Below, piece after piece: positions 29,967 through 40,606 of a stretch of 64,000 nt of DNA. A program made the position numbers and the translations under genes. The notes beneath the pieces were generated by a model. It was not told where the DNA came from, did no database searches, and saw only the letters and a list, made by a program, of their open reading frames with translations. Each line of letters opens with the position of its first letter. Position 1 is the stretch's first letter. Source of the DNA: a virus (lineage: Duplodnaviria; Caudoviricetes); IMG/VR virus record IMGVR_UViG_3300033121_002101, positions 32,001-96,000 of that record; one strand, given 5' to 3'.

Positions 29967-30855
29967 TTTTAAATCAGAATTAGTATTCTTTTGCCCAAAG
30001 TGTCGTCACAAAAAACCAAAGCTATCTGTAAACATAAAAACAGATGAATACAACTGTTGGACATGCGAATCAAATTTAGGCAAGAGAACTTGTGGCAAAA
30101 CATTAACAGGATTACTCTATAATAGAGTGTCTCATGATGAGCTTGGCGAATATATCGAAAGCTTAGATGACATTAAAAACAAGCATGTAATTGCTAGTTT
30201 TGAAAATGATGTTGTCGAACAAAAAGCAGAATTGCCAGAAGAGTATAGACCAATTTTATATTCAGCAAATAACGAATATAAAAACTATCTTAAAAAAAGA
30301 AATGTGTCAGATGAAGACTCTCTTTTTTATAGAATTGGATATTGTAATACTGGCAAATTTTCTGGTAGAGTAATCTTTCCATCATTTGATGATGCCGGTG
30401 ATTTGAACTTTTTTACAGGTAGAAAAATATCTAAAAATATTGATGGACAAAATTACATGACATGTTCTTCAACAAAAGACATCATTTTTAATGATTGTCT
30501 AATTGATTGGACACTGCCAATTATAATTGTTGAAGGCCCATTTGATATGTTATCTGTTGGCAGAAATGCAATACCACTTCAAGGAAAAATGCTTAGACCA
30601 AGTTCAAAGCTTTTCAAAAAACTTGTTAAGTCTGGTTCAAGAGTGTATGTTGCTTTAGACAAAGACGCGAAGGGCGATCAGATATCAATTGAGCATATGC
30701 TTTATAAATATTGTGTAGACGTAAGAGGTGTGTATCTCGATAATTTCAAAGATTTTGGTGAAATGAACAGAACTGAGATCTTTCAAGCATTGAAAAATGC
30801 AAAGCCTTATAATCAAATTGAAAGAGTAAAATTACTGTGCGAATTATACACATAA
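29902..30855 (+). CDS. DNA primase (zinc finger plus TOPRIM)
   Basis: CPKC...CWTC, RVIFP, IIVEGPFD, VALDKD, KDFGEM. Confidence 0.85.
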   Translation: MNKIRKEYLLTKALGKPASRNDFKSELVFFCPKCRHKKPKLSVNIKTDEYNCWTCESNLGKRTCGKTLTGLLYNRVSHDELGEYIESLDDIKNKHVIASFENDVVEQKAELPEEYRPILYSANNEYKNYLKKRNVSDEDSLFYRIGYCNTGKFSGRVIFPSFDDAGDLNFFTGRKISKNIDGQNYMTCSSTKDIIFNDCLIDWTLPIIIVEGPFDMLSVGRNAIPLQGKMLRPSSKLFKKLVKSGSRVYVALDKDAKGDQISIEHMLYKYCVDVRGVYLDNFKDFGEMNRTEIFQALKNAKPYNQIERVKLLCELYT

Positions 30856-33800
30856 GCGATGTTCACATAAGAAACTTCAAGTATCACAAAGAATATAGAT
30901 CTGCTTTTCGATCTCTTGCAAATAGATTAAAAGAACTGAAGCCAGATCTTATAATAAACACAGGTGACACTGTACATGCAAAAACGCAAATAACACCAGA
31001 ATTGGTTGATATGCTTTCAGAACATATCATAACGATTGCAAATATTGCGCCATACAGAATGATACTTGGAAATCACGATTTGAATTTAAAAAATCTTGAT
31101 AGGAAAGATGCAGTATCACCAGTTGTGGAATCTTTAAAAAAGTCAGGTGTTGATGTCGATTTGTGGAGAGATGTTGGACCGTATGATGTAAAATACAAAA
31201 ACGGTAATGGAGCATCATTAGATTGTTTCTTTTGGGTATTCCCAATAGATTCTGAAAAGAAACCATCTGTTGAGCAGATTACTAAGATGAGAAACTATAA
31301 ACCATATTTTCCGCAAATCTGCTTGTTTCACGGTGCAATATCCGGATGCTCAACTGATTCAGAATGGACAATGGATTCATTGGAACATGACGTTTCAATG
31401 TTTAAAGATTTTGATTACGTGATGATGGGTGATATCCATAAGCATCAATCATGGAGAAACGGAAGAGTATGCTACGCAGGTTCTCTCATACAACAGAATT
31501 TCGGAGAAAGCCAAGATAAGGGATTCCTTATATGGGACATAGTAGATAAAGATAAATTTTCAGTTAAGCATGAAAAGCTTACTTGGAATGAAAATAAACT
31601 ATCTTTTCACACAGTCGATCTAGATGAAACTCTTTTATTAGATGAATCAATTGAGATACCAAACAATTCTTACGTGAGAGTAAGGACAGTAGGGTCGTAT
31701 ACAGCATCTGAACAAAGACAGATTGTGTCTTTTATAAAGTCAAAAGGTGCAAAAGATGTGATGGTTATAAAGCCATTTGATTCTTCTGCGAAGCAAACTA
31801 TCAAATTAACAGTTGGGAAAGATGAAATACAGGCATCTGAAAAAGAAAATAATGATATTCTTTTAAGAGAATACATGAAAAGCATGTTTTTGGATGAAAA
31901 TACAGTCGACACTGTTATTGAACTTGATAAGAACATCAGGGCTGAAATTGAAAGCGAAGATGAAAATAATCGCGGAAAATGCTGGAAAATAAACAAGATT
32001 GCATGGTCTAATTTTTGTCAGTATGGAGCTGATAATATAATAGACATGACAAAAGTTAATGGCGTCTATGGTATTTTCGGCCAAAACAATCTTGGAAAGA
32101 GTACGATATTCGAATTAATAACGCAAGCTCTTTTTGACAAGGTGACAAAAGATGTTTCAAGAAATGTTGACCTTGTAAATGATGAGAAAGATATACTCTC
32201 AATAATAATGGAATTGTCAGTCGACGACAATGAATACATGATTGAAAGAAAAGTAGAAAGAATAAAATCAAACAAATCAAGAGAATGGGGAAAAACATCT
32301 CTTGATTTTTATCAAATCGTAGATGATGAGAAAGTATTACTAAACGGCGAAACAAGACCAGAAACAGAAAAAGCAATAAGACAATTGCTAGGTGGATTTG
32401 AAGATTTTTGTTTAACTTCTCTATCACCTCAACATCAAGTAAGTTCATTGCCTGGCGGAGGAGACTTAATAAACTGTAAAGATACAGATAGAAGAAGAAT
32501 ACTCTATAGATTTTTAGGATTAGATTCGTTTGAAAAAAGATTCTCTCTAGCAAGAGAAACACTAAAGTCACTTGTTGTTCCGCAACAACAAGCAGATACT
32601 TTCGAATCTGATAAAAATGAATTGGAAATAAAAGAAAAAGAACTTGTAGAAGTATCAAAAAATGTAATTGATTTGGATAGCAGTTTAATTGAATCAGAAG
32701 GAAAAAAAGCAGTTGTACAGTCAGAGATAAAAAGAATTTCTGATTTACTTTTTGATTTTAAAGATAAAGATTCTTCTAGCTTAGAAGATCTTGATCATTA
32801 CAAATCATCTGTCGAATTCGCTGAAAAAAAGATAGATCGTTTGCAAAAAGATATTGAAAGCAGTGAAGAAAGCATAAAAGAACTAAATGAAAAGTGTGAA
32901 CATCTTCCAGATAATGTTGAAATACCAGAAGATCCAACTGCAAAAATTAGAAAAGTTTCAAATGAAATATCATCATTGGAATTATCGATTGCAAAGCTGA
33001 AAGAAAGGTCAGAATCTTCTAAAAAGAAAATTTCTATTTTATCAGATGTTCCATGTGGAGATAATTTCCCACATTGTAAGTTTCTTATAGATGCATTTGC
33101 TGCAAAAAATGAATTGCCTGCAAAAGTTAACGAAATTAATTCTCTTGAATTGTTGTTAAATGATTCACGCAATGAATTAGATTCTCTTAGAAAATATGAA
33201 AAAAAGTGGAAAGAAGCAGTAACAGAAGCAGCAAATAATGAAAATATAAGAAATCAGCTTGCAAGATCAAAGCAGAAGCATGAATTGTTACAACTGCACT
33301 TGAAACAAGCACATTCTATATTGCAGAGTGCAAATGAAGAATTAAAAAACTTTGTTTCATTTGGAGATGATATAGTTAAACTGAACAAACTTAGACTTGA
33401 ACTAACGGACATTGAAAGAATGCAAAAGAAAGCAAGAACAAATCTTGTTTCTTTTAGAACAAATGAAAAAAATATCTGTTCTAGAATAACAGTTTTAAAA
33501 GAAAAAATTTCGAATTTTATTTCTTTCGAGAAAAGAAGGAAAGAAATAGAAAAACACAGAGAAATATTAGAACTATACTGTAAGATAGTTGGAAAAGATG
33601 GAATACCAAAATCAATATTGGTGTCCGCTTTGCCGTCAATTTCAAAAGAAGTAAATCAAATTATATCTTCTATCTCTGACATAGCTGTTTCACTTGAAAA
33701 TAATGATGATGAACAAAGTTTATCACTTTGCGTTTCATCAAAAAACAGTAGGCTTAGAGCAATTTCATTATCTGGCGGTGCTGAAAAGTTTATAGTTTCA

Positions 33801-34049
33801 CTTGCTTTAAGAGCTGCTCTTTGCAGAATTACATCACTCCCTAGATCTAATATGTTTATTGTAGATGAAGGATTTGGTAAGTTAGACACAGATAATTCAA
33901 GTGCAATACAAAAAATGTTTCACTATTTAAAAGAAATGTTTGATCATGTTATTATAGTATCTCATACAGAGACGATGAGAGATGTTGTTGACGGAACAAT
34001 AGATATTGGTATCGACAAAGAAGGATTTGCACACATTTCACATTTATGA
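30837..34049 (+). CDS. Fused Mre11/SbcD (gp47) nuclease and Rad50/SbcC (gp46) ATPase
   Basis: HISDVH, GD, GNHD, HG, GDIH phosphoesterase motifs; Walker A GQNNLGKST, coiled coil, LSGGAE, Walker B VDEGFG, VSH. Confidence 0.9.
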   Translation: MRIIHISDVHIRNFKYHKEYRSAFRSLANRLKELKPDLIINTGDTVHAKTQITPELVDMLSEHIITIANIAPYRMILGNHDLNLKNLDRKDAVSPVVESLKKSGVDVDLWRDVGPYDVKYKNGNGASLDCFFWVFPIDSEKKPSVEQITKMRNYKPYFPQICLFHGAISGCSTDSEWTMDSLEHDVSMFKDFDYVMMGDIHKHQSWRNGRVCYAGSLIQQNFGESQDKGFLIWDIVDKDKFSVKHEKLTWNENKLSFHTVDLDETLLLDESIEIPNNSYVRVRTVGSYTASEQRQIVSFIKSKGAKDVMVIKPFDSSAKQTIKLTVGKDEIQASEKENNDILLREYMKSMFLDENTVDTVIELDKNIRAEIESEDENNRGKCWKINKIAWSNFCQYGADNIIDMTKVNGVYGIFGQNNLGKSTIFELITQALFDKVTKDVSRNVDLVNDEKDILSIIMELSVDDNEYMIERKVERIKSNKSREWGKTSLDFYQIVDDEKVLLNGETRPETEKAIRQLLGGFEDFCLTSLSPQHQVSSLPGGGDLINCKDTDRRRILYRFLGLDSFEKRFSLARETLKSLVVPQQQADTFESDKNELEIKEKELVEVSKNVIDLDSSLIESEGKKAVVQSEIKRISDLLFDFKDKDSSSLEDLDHYKSSVEFAEKKIDRLQKDIESSEESIKELNEKCEHLPDNVEIPEDPTAKIRKVSNEISSLELSIAKLKERSESSKKKISILSDVPCGDNFPHCKFLIDAFAAKNELPAKVNEINSLELLLNDSRNELDSLRKYEKKWKEAVTEAANNENIRNQLARSKQKHELLQLHLKQAHSILQSANEELKNFVSFGDDIVKLNKLRLELTDIERMQKKARTNLVSFRTNEKNICSRITVLKEKISNFISFEKRRKEIEKHREILELYCKIVGKDGIPKSILVSALPSISKEVNQIISSISDIAVSLENNDDEQSLSLCVSSKNSRLRAISLSGGAEKFIVSLALRAALCRITSLPRSNMFIVDEGFGKLDTDNSSAIQKMFHYLKEMFDHVIIVSHTETMRDVVDGTIDIGIDKEGFAHISHL

Positions 34050-34059
34050 AAGGTAATTT

Positions 34060-34323
34060 ATGAGACTTTGGATTAAAAATACAGACGGTAAACCAGATGC
34101 AATGTTGACAATGACACTGCTTACATTTGTTGTTGTTTTGCTTAAAGTTGTTTTTGGTGGTTCTACATTTGCAATTGGATCATCGAATTTTTCATTCCAG
34201 CCTATATCTCCTGAGCTTGTTGGAATGTTGTTAGGACCGAATATTGCTGGCTATGTTGCAAGAAGATATACAGATAGATCAATTACAAATGATCAAAAAG
34301 TAGACGAGCAAGAGAATGCTTGA
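34060..34323 (+). CDS. Small membrane protein (holin-like)
   Basis: Two hydrophobic segments and a charged C-terminal tail. Confidence 0.45.
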   Translation: MRLWIKNTDGKPDAMLTMTLLTFVVVLLKVVFGGSTFAIGSSNFSFQPISPELVGMLLGPNIAGYVARRYTDRSITNDQKVDEQENA

Positions 34324-35131
34324 TTTAAAGACAAGATTAAAAGATGCGATTGCGCTTTTAGCAATATTCGTTCTATGCATTCTTTTGATTAGAGAGCACT
34401 TATCAAAAAATGCATTAGAAAAATCTTTAAACACTGTGTCAAATGCATTAATCGAAAGTTCTAAAACAATAGAAGTACAGAAAGGTGTTTTTGAGAAAAG
34501 ATCAGTAGAGTTAGAAAACATAAAAATTCTACTGGCAAAAAAAGACAACGAGTTGTTGGATGTAACAGCACAACTTAAAAAAGAACATTCACAAGCACTA
34601 GCATATTCAGAACTTTCAATAATGTGGAAGAAAAAATATGAAGGTGCAGCTCGTGCTAAACAAACTGTTGTTGTTGACAACTCAACCAACAATACAAACA
34701 CTGAAAATAAAGAACAAAGACTAAGAGTAGACTTTTCTAAAGAAGCTGGCCCTTTTGATATTTCTGGTTATACAGTGACATCACCACCAGAAGCTTTTGT
34801 TTCTTTAAAACAATCAAGACCAATAAAGCTTGGAGTTGTTGTTTCTAGATCAGATGACGGTAAATGGTCTTCTATCGTTTCAACACCAAAAGACGCAGAT
34901 TATGGCGTTGACATAGTTGTGTCTGCTATAGACAAAGACCTCCATGTAAAGAGCTGGAGAGATAAGTTTTCTATAGATTTCAGAATGGGAATATACGAAG
35001 ATCCGTCTATAGGTGCTGGATTAAAGTATGGAGAAAAATTATCATTTGGTCCAGACTGTTCTGTATATTCAAATGGTGAGCTTTCGTGGTCATGTGGTGT
35101 TTCTATGTCATGGAGACCATTTTTAAAATGA
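34316..35131 (+). CDS. N-terminally anchored coiled-coil protein with beta-rich C-terminus (spanin candidate)
   Basis: TM AIALLAIFVLCILLI, heptad region, C-terminal strands ending GVSMSWRPFLK. Confidence 0.45.
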   Translation: MLDLKTRLKDAIALLAIFVLCILLIREHLSKNALEKSLNTVSNALIESSKTIEVQKGVFEKRSVELENIKILLAKKDNELLDVTAQLKKEHSQALAYSELSIMWKKKYEGAARAKQTVVVDNSTNNTNTENKEQRLRVDFSKEAGPFDISGYTVTSPPEAFVSLKQSRPIKLGVVVSRSDDGKWSSIVSTPKDADYGVDIVVSAIDKDLHVKSWRDKFSIDFRMGIYEDPSIGAGLKYGEKLSFGPDCSVYSNGELSWSCGVSMSWRPFLK

Positions 35132-35433
35132 TAAGTAAAAATGACATTGTTATTGAAGACGTTCCCGAAATTCACTTAGGGTATAAAGTTCTTAAAATTA
35201 AATTAACATTTAATTCAGATGTTCATAAAAACTGTCATGGTTTTGAAACAGTTATCTTAGACAGTTCTGGAAAAGGAGTTGACCACATCATAAACAGATG
35301 GGGCAGCAGAATGAGAGTGGAGTTGATGTTTAGAGAGAAAAACGAAGAAGGTGTCGTACAGATTTTTGTTAAAGAATCAAACTGTGAACAGCAAGAAAAT
35401 ATTTTGTTAAGTACATTCTGGTTTGTAAAATGA
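35128..35433 (+). CDS. Hypothetical protein
   Basis: ATG 35128 forms ATGA overlap with upstream stop. Confidence 0.6.
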   Translation: MISKNDIVIEDVPEIHLGYKVLKIKLTFNSDVHKNCHGFETVILDSSGKGVDHIINRWGSRMRVELMFREKNEEGVVQIFVKESNCEQQENILLSTFWFVK

Positions 35434-35651
35434 GTGAATCTTTAAAATATAGAGTTCCAGCTTTTTGTCCTTTATGTGAATGTGTCATGAAAGGGACAAA
35501 ATCAATAGCTACTTATTATGATTTTCAATGCTGTGTAAACTGTTGGATAGAATGGATAGACGGAAGAGAAGAAAAATGGAAATCTGGCTGGCGACCAACA
35601 ACTGAACAAGTTGAAAACTTTAAAAATAAAAACAGTCTTATCTATCGATAA
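35430..35651 (+). CDS. Small Cys-rich (zinc-finger-like) protein
   Basis: CPLC...CCVNC, GWRP. Confidence 0.7.
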   Translation: MSESLKYRVPAFCPLCECVMKGTKSIATYYDFQCCVNCWIEWIDGREEKWKSGWRPTTEQVENFKNKNSLIYR

Positions 35652-35660
35652 GACATATGT

Positions 35661-35695
35661 ACATTCCTATGATACTAAATATATGATAGGAGTGT
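35661..35695 (+). promoter_or_regulatory. Late-promoter-like motif CTAAATA in a hairpin loop; 3' arm contains the SD
   Basis: acattcctat-g-ata-ctaaata-tat-g-ataggagtgt. Confidence 0.65.
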
Positions 35696-35699
35696 CAGA

Positions 35700-36137
35700 A
35701 TGCAAGAAGAATTACACGGTTTCGAGGTATACGGAAACCGCTATGAAAGAAAAGAAGATACAGTTGCAGTACTTCTGCAGTGTTTTAATGAGCTTAATAC
35801 AGTAACGAATCCAGATCATCCTGGGATTAATAACGTTTCTGGAAAGTTCATTTGCAAAAGACAAGGTGATAATGTTTTACTTGAATATCACCTGATGGAA
35901 CTTCATCTTGATGATCCGACAAGGTGTGAATCTTTTGTAAAAGAATGTGATTCAGCTGTCAAGAAAATGGCAAAAAAGCTGAAATCTGCATTTAAAAAAG
36001 CAACAAAATCTGCGTTAACACTTAAAGACAACAATAAGTCTGGATGGCATAGAGAGCAAGTTTCTCTTAATGGTCGTTGGTACTTACGAGTATGGAGAAA
36101 CTATTCTGTTAGCCCAAGTGTTACAGAGGATGAGTGA
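35700..36137 (+). CDS. Hypothetical protein preceding terminase
   Basis: SD AGGAG and upstream late-motif hairpin. Confidence 0.7.
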   Translation: MQEELHGFEVYGNRYERKEDTVAVLLQCFNELNTVTNPDHPGINNVSGKFICKRQGDNVLLEYHLMELHLDDPTRCESFVKECDSAVKKMAKKLKSAFKKATKSALTLKDNNKSGWHREQVSLNGRWYLRVWRNYSVSPSVTEDE

Positions 36138-36140
36138 AAA

Positions 36141-37883
36141 GTGTCTGTTTCTGGTGACTCTTCAAAAAAGAAGAGGACATATCAAAAAGCTAAGATAAGA
36201 GAAGAAATAGTATCTTGTGGAAGAAACCCGAAGTACTTTATAAACAAGTACGTAAAAATCAAACACCCAACAAGAGGTATAGTACCTTTTAGTCTTTGGG
36301 ATTTTCAAAAAAATTTAATTGACAACTACATGGAACACAGATTCAATGTAGTTTTAAAAGCAAGACAACTCGGAGCAACAGAAACGACACAAGCATTTTG
36401 TTTGTGGATGTTGCTGTTTTATAGAAACAAGAACATTCTTTGTATCGCAACTAAAGCAGAAACAGCTAAAAATATCATTAAAAGAGTAAGAACAGCTTAT
36501 TCGAATTTACCTGCTTGGTTGAAAGTTTCAAAAGTTGTCGTAGACAACAAGATGTCATTAGAATTTGATAATGGCTCTGTTATAAAAGCAATTGCATCAT
36601 CAGATGACGCAGGTAGATCAGAAGCTGTTTCTCTGCTTCTTGTAGACGAGGCTGCGTTTATTAAAAATTTAGATACTCTTTGGACTGGCTTATTACCAAC
36701 AGTAAGCGCTGGTGGTAGAGTAATAATGATTAGTACTCCAAATGGAGTTGGCAACGTATTTCACAAGACATTTACAGAAGCACACTCAAAGAAAAATGAG
36801 TTTCATGCAAATATTTTGTATTGGTGGTTTCATCCAGAACACATAGAAGATCTAGAAGAAGACCCGAATAGAAAAGGTACAGTCTTCGGAAACAGATATA
36901 AAACGTCTACATGGTTCAGAAATGAAACAAAAAACATGTCAGATAGAGATAAAGCTCAAGAGCATGATCTTGACTTTTTATCATCTGGCGATACGTTTAT
37001 TGGAAAAACAGGAATAGAATACGTTGAATCTACAGCTATAGATCCTGTTTTTGTTGAAAATGAAGATGGCGGACTTTACATTTGGTCTACACCAACTTCA
37101 AAAACAAAAAAATATTTTGTGTCTGCAGACGTTGCTAGAGGAGATGGAGACGACAACGGTGGATTTCATGTCTTTGAAACAGAAGATATGATGCAAGCAG
37201 CTGAATATAATGGCAAATTAAAAGTAGACGAATTCACTAAACTTATGTGTGATACTGCTTTTAGATATAACAAAGCAGTTGTCATTGTTGAGAATAACTC
37301 ACTTGGTTTAGCTGTACTGGAAAGTGTTAGAAAATGGACACATCCAGAAATGCCAGGCAGAATTGGGTATCCAAACGTATACTGTACTGTAAGAGGAGAG
37401 ACAGAAAAGGGTGAATGTGTAGACAGTTCAGATGATATTCCTGATAGACTCATACTGGGATTTTCAACTACTTCAAAAACAAGACCACTTATTCTCAATA
37501 AGCTTGAAGAATACATTAGAACGAAACAAGCAACATTTCGTTCTAAGAGATACTATAATGAACTGACAACATTTATATGGCGTGATGGCAGACCAGAAGC
37601 TATAAGTGGAGCAACTGACGACTTGATATTGTCAAGTGCAATAGGTGTATACGTAAGAGATATTACATTGGCTCCAGGATTTAATTCTGGAGAGATGCAA
37701 AAAGCAATGATAGCCGCTTCTCAGTTCAACAAGATAACGAATAACCAAATTGAAGGTGCTTCAAAAAATCCAACATTTGTACCGAGACAAGCATTGGGAT
37801 CTTTCTTTAGACAGAAGGATACATATAGGATACCAATGGGTAGAGGTATACTTGATTTGAGATCACTTTTGAAGGAAGAATGA
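36141..37883 (+). CDS. gp17: Terminase large subunit
   Basis: KARQLG Walker A region, LLLVDEAAF Walker B, STPNG, ADVARGDG, DDLIL nuclease motifs. Confidence 0.95.
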   Translation: MSVSGDSSKKKRTYQKAKIREEIVSCGRNPKYFINKYVKIKHPTRGIVPFSLWDFQKNLIDNYMEHRFNVVLKARQLGATETTQAFCLWMLLFYRNKNILCIATKAETAKNIIKRVRTAYSNLPAWLKVSKVVVDNKMSLEFDNGSVIKAIASSDDAGRSEAVSLLLVDEAAFIKNLDTLWTGLLPTVSAGGRVIMISTPNGVGNVFHKTFTEAHSKKNEFHANILYWWFHPEHIEDLEEDPNRKGTVFGNRYKTSTWFRNETKNMSDRDKAQEHDLDFLSSGDTFIGKTGIEYVESTAIDPVFVENEDGGLYIWSTPTSKTKKYFVSADVARGDGDDNGGFHVFETEDMMQAAEYNGKLKVDEFTKLMCDTAFRYNKAVVIVENNSLGLAVLESVRKWTHPEMPGRIGYPNVYCTVRGETEKGECVDSSDDIPDRLILGFSTTSKTRPLILNKLEEYIRTKQATFRSKRYYNELTTFIWRDGRPEAISGATDDLILSSAIGVYVRDITLAPGFNSGEMQKAMIAASQFNKITNNQIEGASKNPTFVPRQALGSFFRQKDTYRIPMGRGILDLRSLLKEE

Positions 37884-37886
37884 TAA

Positions 37887-39755
37887 ATGAGTGATAAAGA
37901 AAATATATGGCGTAAGCTAACACGCTTGTTTAGAAGCGGACCAGTTGTACGCCATAAAATTTCACGAGCTGAACCTATTGTTGAGCCGATTGGAACTGCT
38001 CGTGCATATCGTAAACAAGTATCATCTCTTTATGTTAACAGTCAAGCTGGCTTCGGACAGTACGAAAGACTGTCAAGATACAGTGATTATCATGAAATGA
38101 CATTCACACCAGAATTGTCATCTGGTCTTGACATTTATGCAGATGAGATTTGTGCAACTGACGAAAATGCTCAGATAATAAAGATACACTCAAAAGACAA
38201 TGAAATAAAAAGCATACTTGAAACTCTATTCTTTGACATAATAGACATCAACTTCAATATCTGGAGTTGGGCAAGAAACATGTGCAAAAATGGAGATTTT
38301 GTTTTATTCATAGATGCAAATGAAGACAACGGCATTTTGAACTTAATGCCTATTCCTATTAATGAAATAGAGCGTGAAGAAGGCTTTGATAAAGATGACC
38401 CGTTTGCTGTTAGATACAGATGGCTTTCTAACAACAACATGAAACTTGAAAACTGGCAAATAATTCACTTTAGATTGCTTGGTGATGATTCGACATTGCC
38501 ATACGGAACATCGATATTAGAACCTGCAAGACGCATTTGGAGACAGCTTGTTCTTATAGAAGACGCAATGTTAGTCTATAGAATTGTAAGATCTCCAGAA
38601 CGCAGAAAATTTAAGATTCCAGTTGGAAACATACCGCCAGAAGAAGTTCCACGTTTCATAGAAGAATTCGCTTCAGAGATGAAGCGCAATAGAATCGTTG
38701 ATCCAACAACTGGTAGAGTTGATTTAAGATACAACGCTTTGTCTGTTGACGAAGATTACTTCTTACCAATGAGAGGTGATGTTGGCCCAGATATTGATAC
38801 ACTTCCGGGTGGTCAGTTTACTGGTGACATCGATGACGTTCAATACATACAAGCTAAGCTTTTTGCAGCAATAAAAATCCCAAGAGCGTATCTTGGATAC
38901 GATCAGGATGTTGGAAGCAAAGCAACACTTGCACAAGAAGATGTAAGATTCGCAAAAACAATAGAAAGAATACAAAAGATAGTAATTGCAGAACTTAATA
39001 AAATTGCAATTATTCATTTGTTTTTAATGGGATATAGAGGAGAAGATCTTACAAACTTCTCTATAACAATGTCTGCACCATCACATATCGCTGAGCAACA
39101 AAAGCTTGAACTGTGGAGATCAAGATTTGAAGTTGCTGGTATGGCGCAAGAAGGTATGTTTGATCGTGATACAGTTCGTAAAAGAATTTTCAATCTTAAT
39201 GATGTAGAAATAGAAGATATTAAAGAAGGACAAAAAAGAGATAAGCTTTTTGATTCTACAATTGAAGGAATTCAAGCGCCAGGGCCAAGCAATAGTGCTC
39301 CTGGTAAAGAAGGTGAAGGAGAAGTTGTTCCTGGAACTCCACTTGATGCTGCTCCTGGCGCAGATGAATTACCGAAAACTCTTGGTGGTGAAGAACCTGG
39401 CCCAGTCAATGCATCATTTGAATTGCATGGACAAACGATCGCAGAAGACGAAAACCCTGGTTCTGAAGGTGATGACGCGTTTATATCAACAAATAAAGGA
39501 AAAGATTTATTTTCGACGCATGATGATCTTTACACGACAGTTTTCGGCACTGAAAAGCAAACTGCAAGTGATCCGTATGATTCAAGAGCAATGTCTAGAT
39601 TAATATCAAAACCTTTCTCTGAAGAAAAAGAAAATGAGTGGCAGAATATTGTTTCAGAAGGATTTGAAGATTTAGAAGAAACTCTTAAAAAAATTACATC
39701 TTCTGGCTTACCTAAAAAAAGAGCAACTCCCAGAAGCAAGAAACTACTTAAGTGA
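37887..39755 (+). CDS. gp20: Portal protein with acidic C-terminal extension
   Basis: EDAMLVYRIVRSPERR, EDYFLPMRG, IDTLPGG, EDVRFAKTIERIQ. Confidence 0.95.
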   Translation: MSDKENIWRKLTRLFRSGPVVRHKISRAEPIVEPIGTARAYRKQVSSLYVNSQAGFGQYERLSRYSDYHEMTFTPELSSGLDIYADEICATDENAQIIKIHSKDNEIKSILETLFFDIIDINFNIWSWARNMCKNGDFVLFIDANEDNGILNLMPIPINEIEREEGFDKDDPFAVRYRWLSNNNMKLENWQIIHFRLLGDDSTLPYGTSILEPARRIWRQLVLIEDAMLVYRIVRSPERRKFKIPVGNIPPEEVPRFIEEFASEMKRNRIVDPTTGRVDLRYNALSVDEDYFLPMRGDVGPDIDTLPGGQFTGDIDDVQYIQAKLFAAIKIPRAYLGYDQDVGSKATLAQEDVRFAKTIERIQKIVIAELNKIAIIHLFLMGYRGEDLTNFSITMSAPSHIAEQQKLELWRSRFEVAGMAQEGMFDRDTVRKRIFNLNDVEIEDIKEGQKRDKLFDSTIEGIQAPGPSNSAPGKEGEGEVVPGTPLDAAPGADELPKTLGGEEPGPVNASFELHGQTIAEDENPGSEGDDAFISTNKGKDLFSTHDDLYTTVFGTEKQTASDPYDSRAMSRLISKPFSEEKENEWQNIVSEGFEDLEETLKKITSSGLPKKRATPRSKKLLK

Positions 39756-39760
39756 CCAAT

Positions 39761-40606
39761 ATGATGAAACACAACAAGAAAAAAAATGCTCGCATAATGC
39801 ATGGGTCACTTGTAAGATTCATAGCAGAGGCAACATTTAATAAAGATTCAAGTAAAGCTGAGAAAGGTATTGCTGTTGCATATCTGTTTCGTCCAGGAAC
39901 AGCGCTGAACAATGAACTTGAAATACATAAAACTATTTCGACACCGATAGGTTGCTCAAAAGATAAAGCAAGAAGAATAATCGAGACAGCTGCTGACTTA
40001 ATTGATGCAGTTGATGCTGATACACTCTCTGAATGCTTACGTGAAGCCGATGAGGCCTGTATTAAGCTAATGGGGGGCAACTATTATGAAAAATACAAGA
40101 TGGCAGAGAGTGATCTAGAAGCTGCTACGATATCACAAGTGTTTATAGATTATTGTAGAAAACCAGCAATTGTGTCTGAATCTGTTGATAGAAACATAAT
40201 AAAAGATGCATTAGTTTCTATTGTTTCTTCAACACCAAAATCAAAGCAGGTGAATGCTGACCCTGATAAAAACTTTACTGCTTTTGGCTTGGCTAATGAA
40301 ATGTTTAAGAAAGAATACACAAAGTCTCTTAACAAAGAACAGCTTGAAGTTCTTGACGCTCACATGGTTGGAGCAATAAAGAAAGACTATACAAGATATT
40401 CAAGAATTGCAAAAGCAAGAACTACAGAAGCAATTAACAAAATTAAAGCTTTTTCAAAAGAAAAAGATGTAATGTTAGACTGTGATCTCGCTTCTCGCAT
40501 TGATGAAGTTGTAAAAATTGCAAACAATATAGATGTAAACAATCCAGATTCAATTAATACTGTCCTTGGATTGCAGACGATAGTCGAGGAGATAGTACGT
40601 GAGTGA
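39761..40606 (+). CDS. Prohead core-associated hypothetical protein
   Basis: MKHNKKKN start; helical; IVSE site; directly after portal. Confidence 0.65.
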   Translation: MMKHNKKKNARIMHGSLVRFIAEATFNKDSSKAEKGIAVAYLFRPGTALNNELEIHKTISTPIGCSKDKARRIIETAADLIDAVDADTLSECLREADEACIKLMGGNYYEKYKMAESDLEAATISQVFIDYCRKPAIVSESVDRNIIKDALVSIVSSTPKSKQVNADPDKNFTAFGLANEMFKKEYTKSLNKEQLEVLDAHMVGAIKKDYTRYSRIAKARTTEAINKIKAFSKEKDVMLDCDLASRIDEVVKIANNIDVNNPDSINTVLGLQTIVEEIVRE

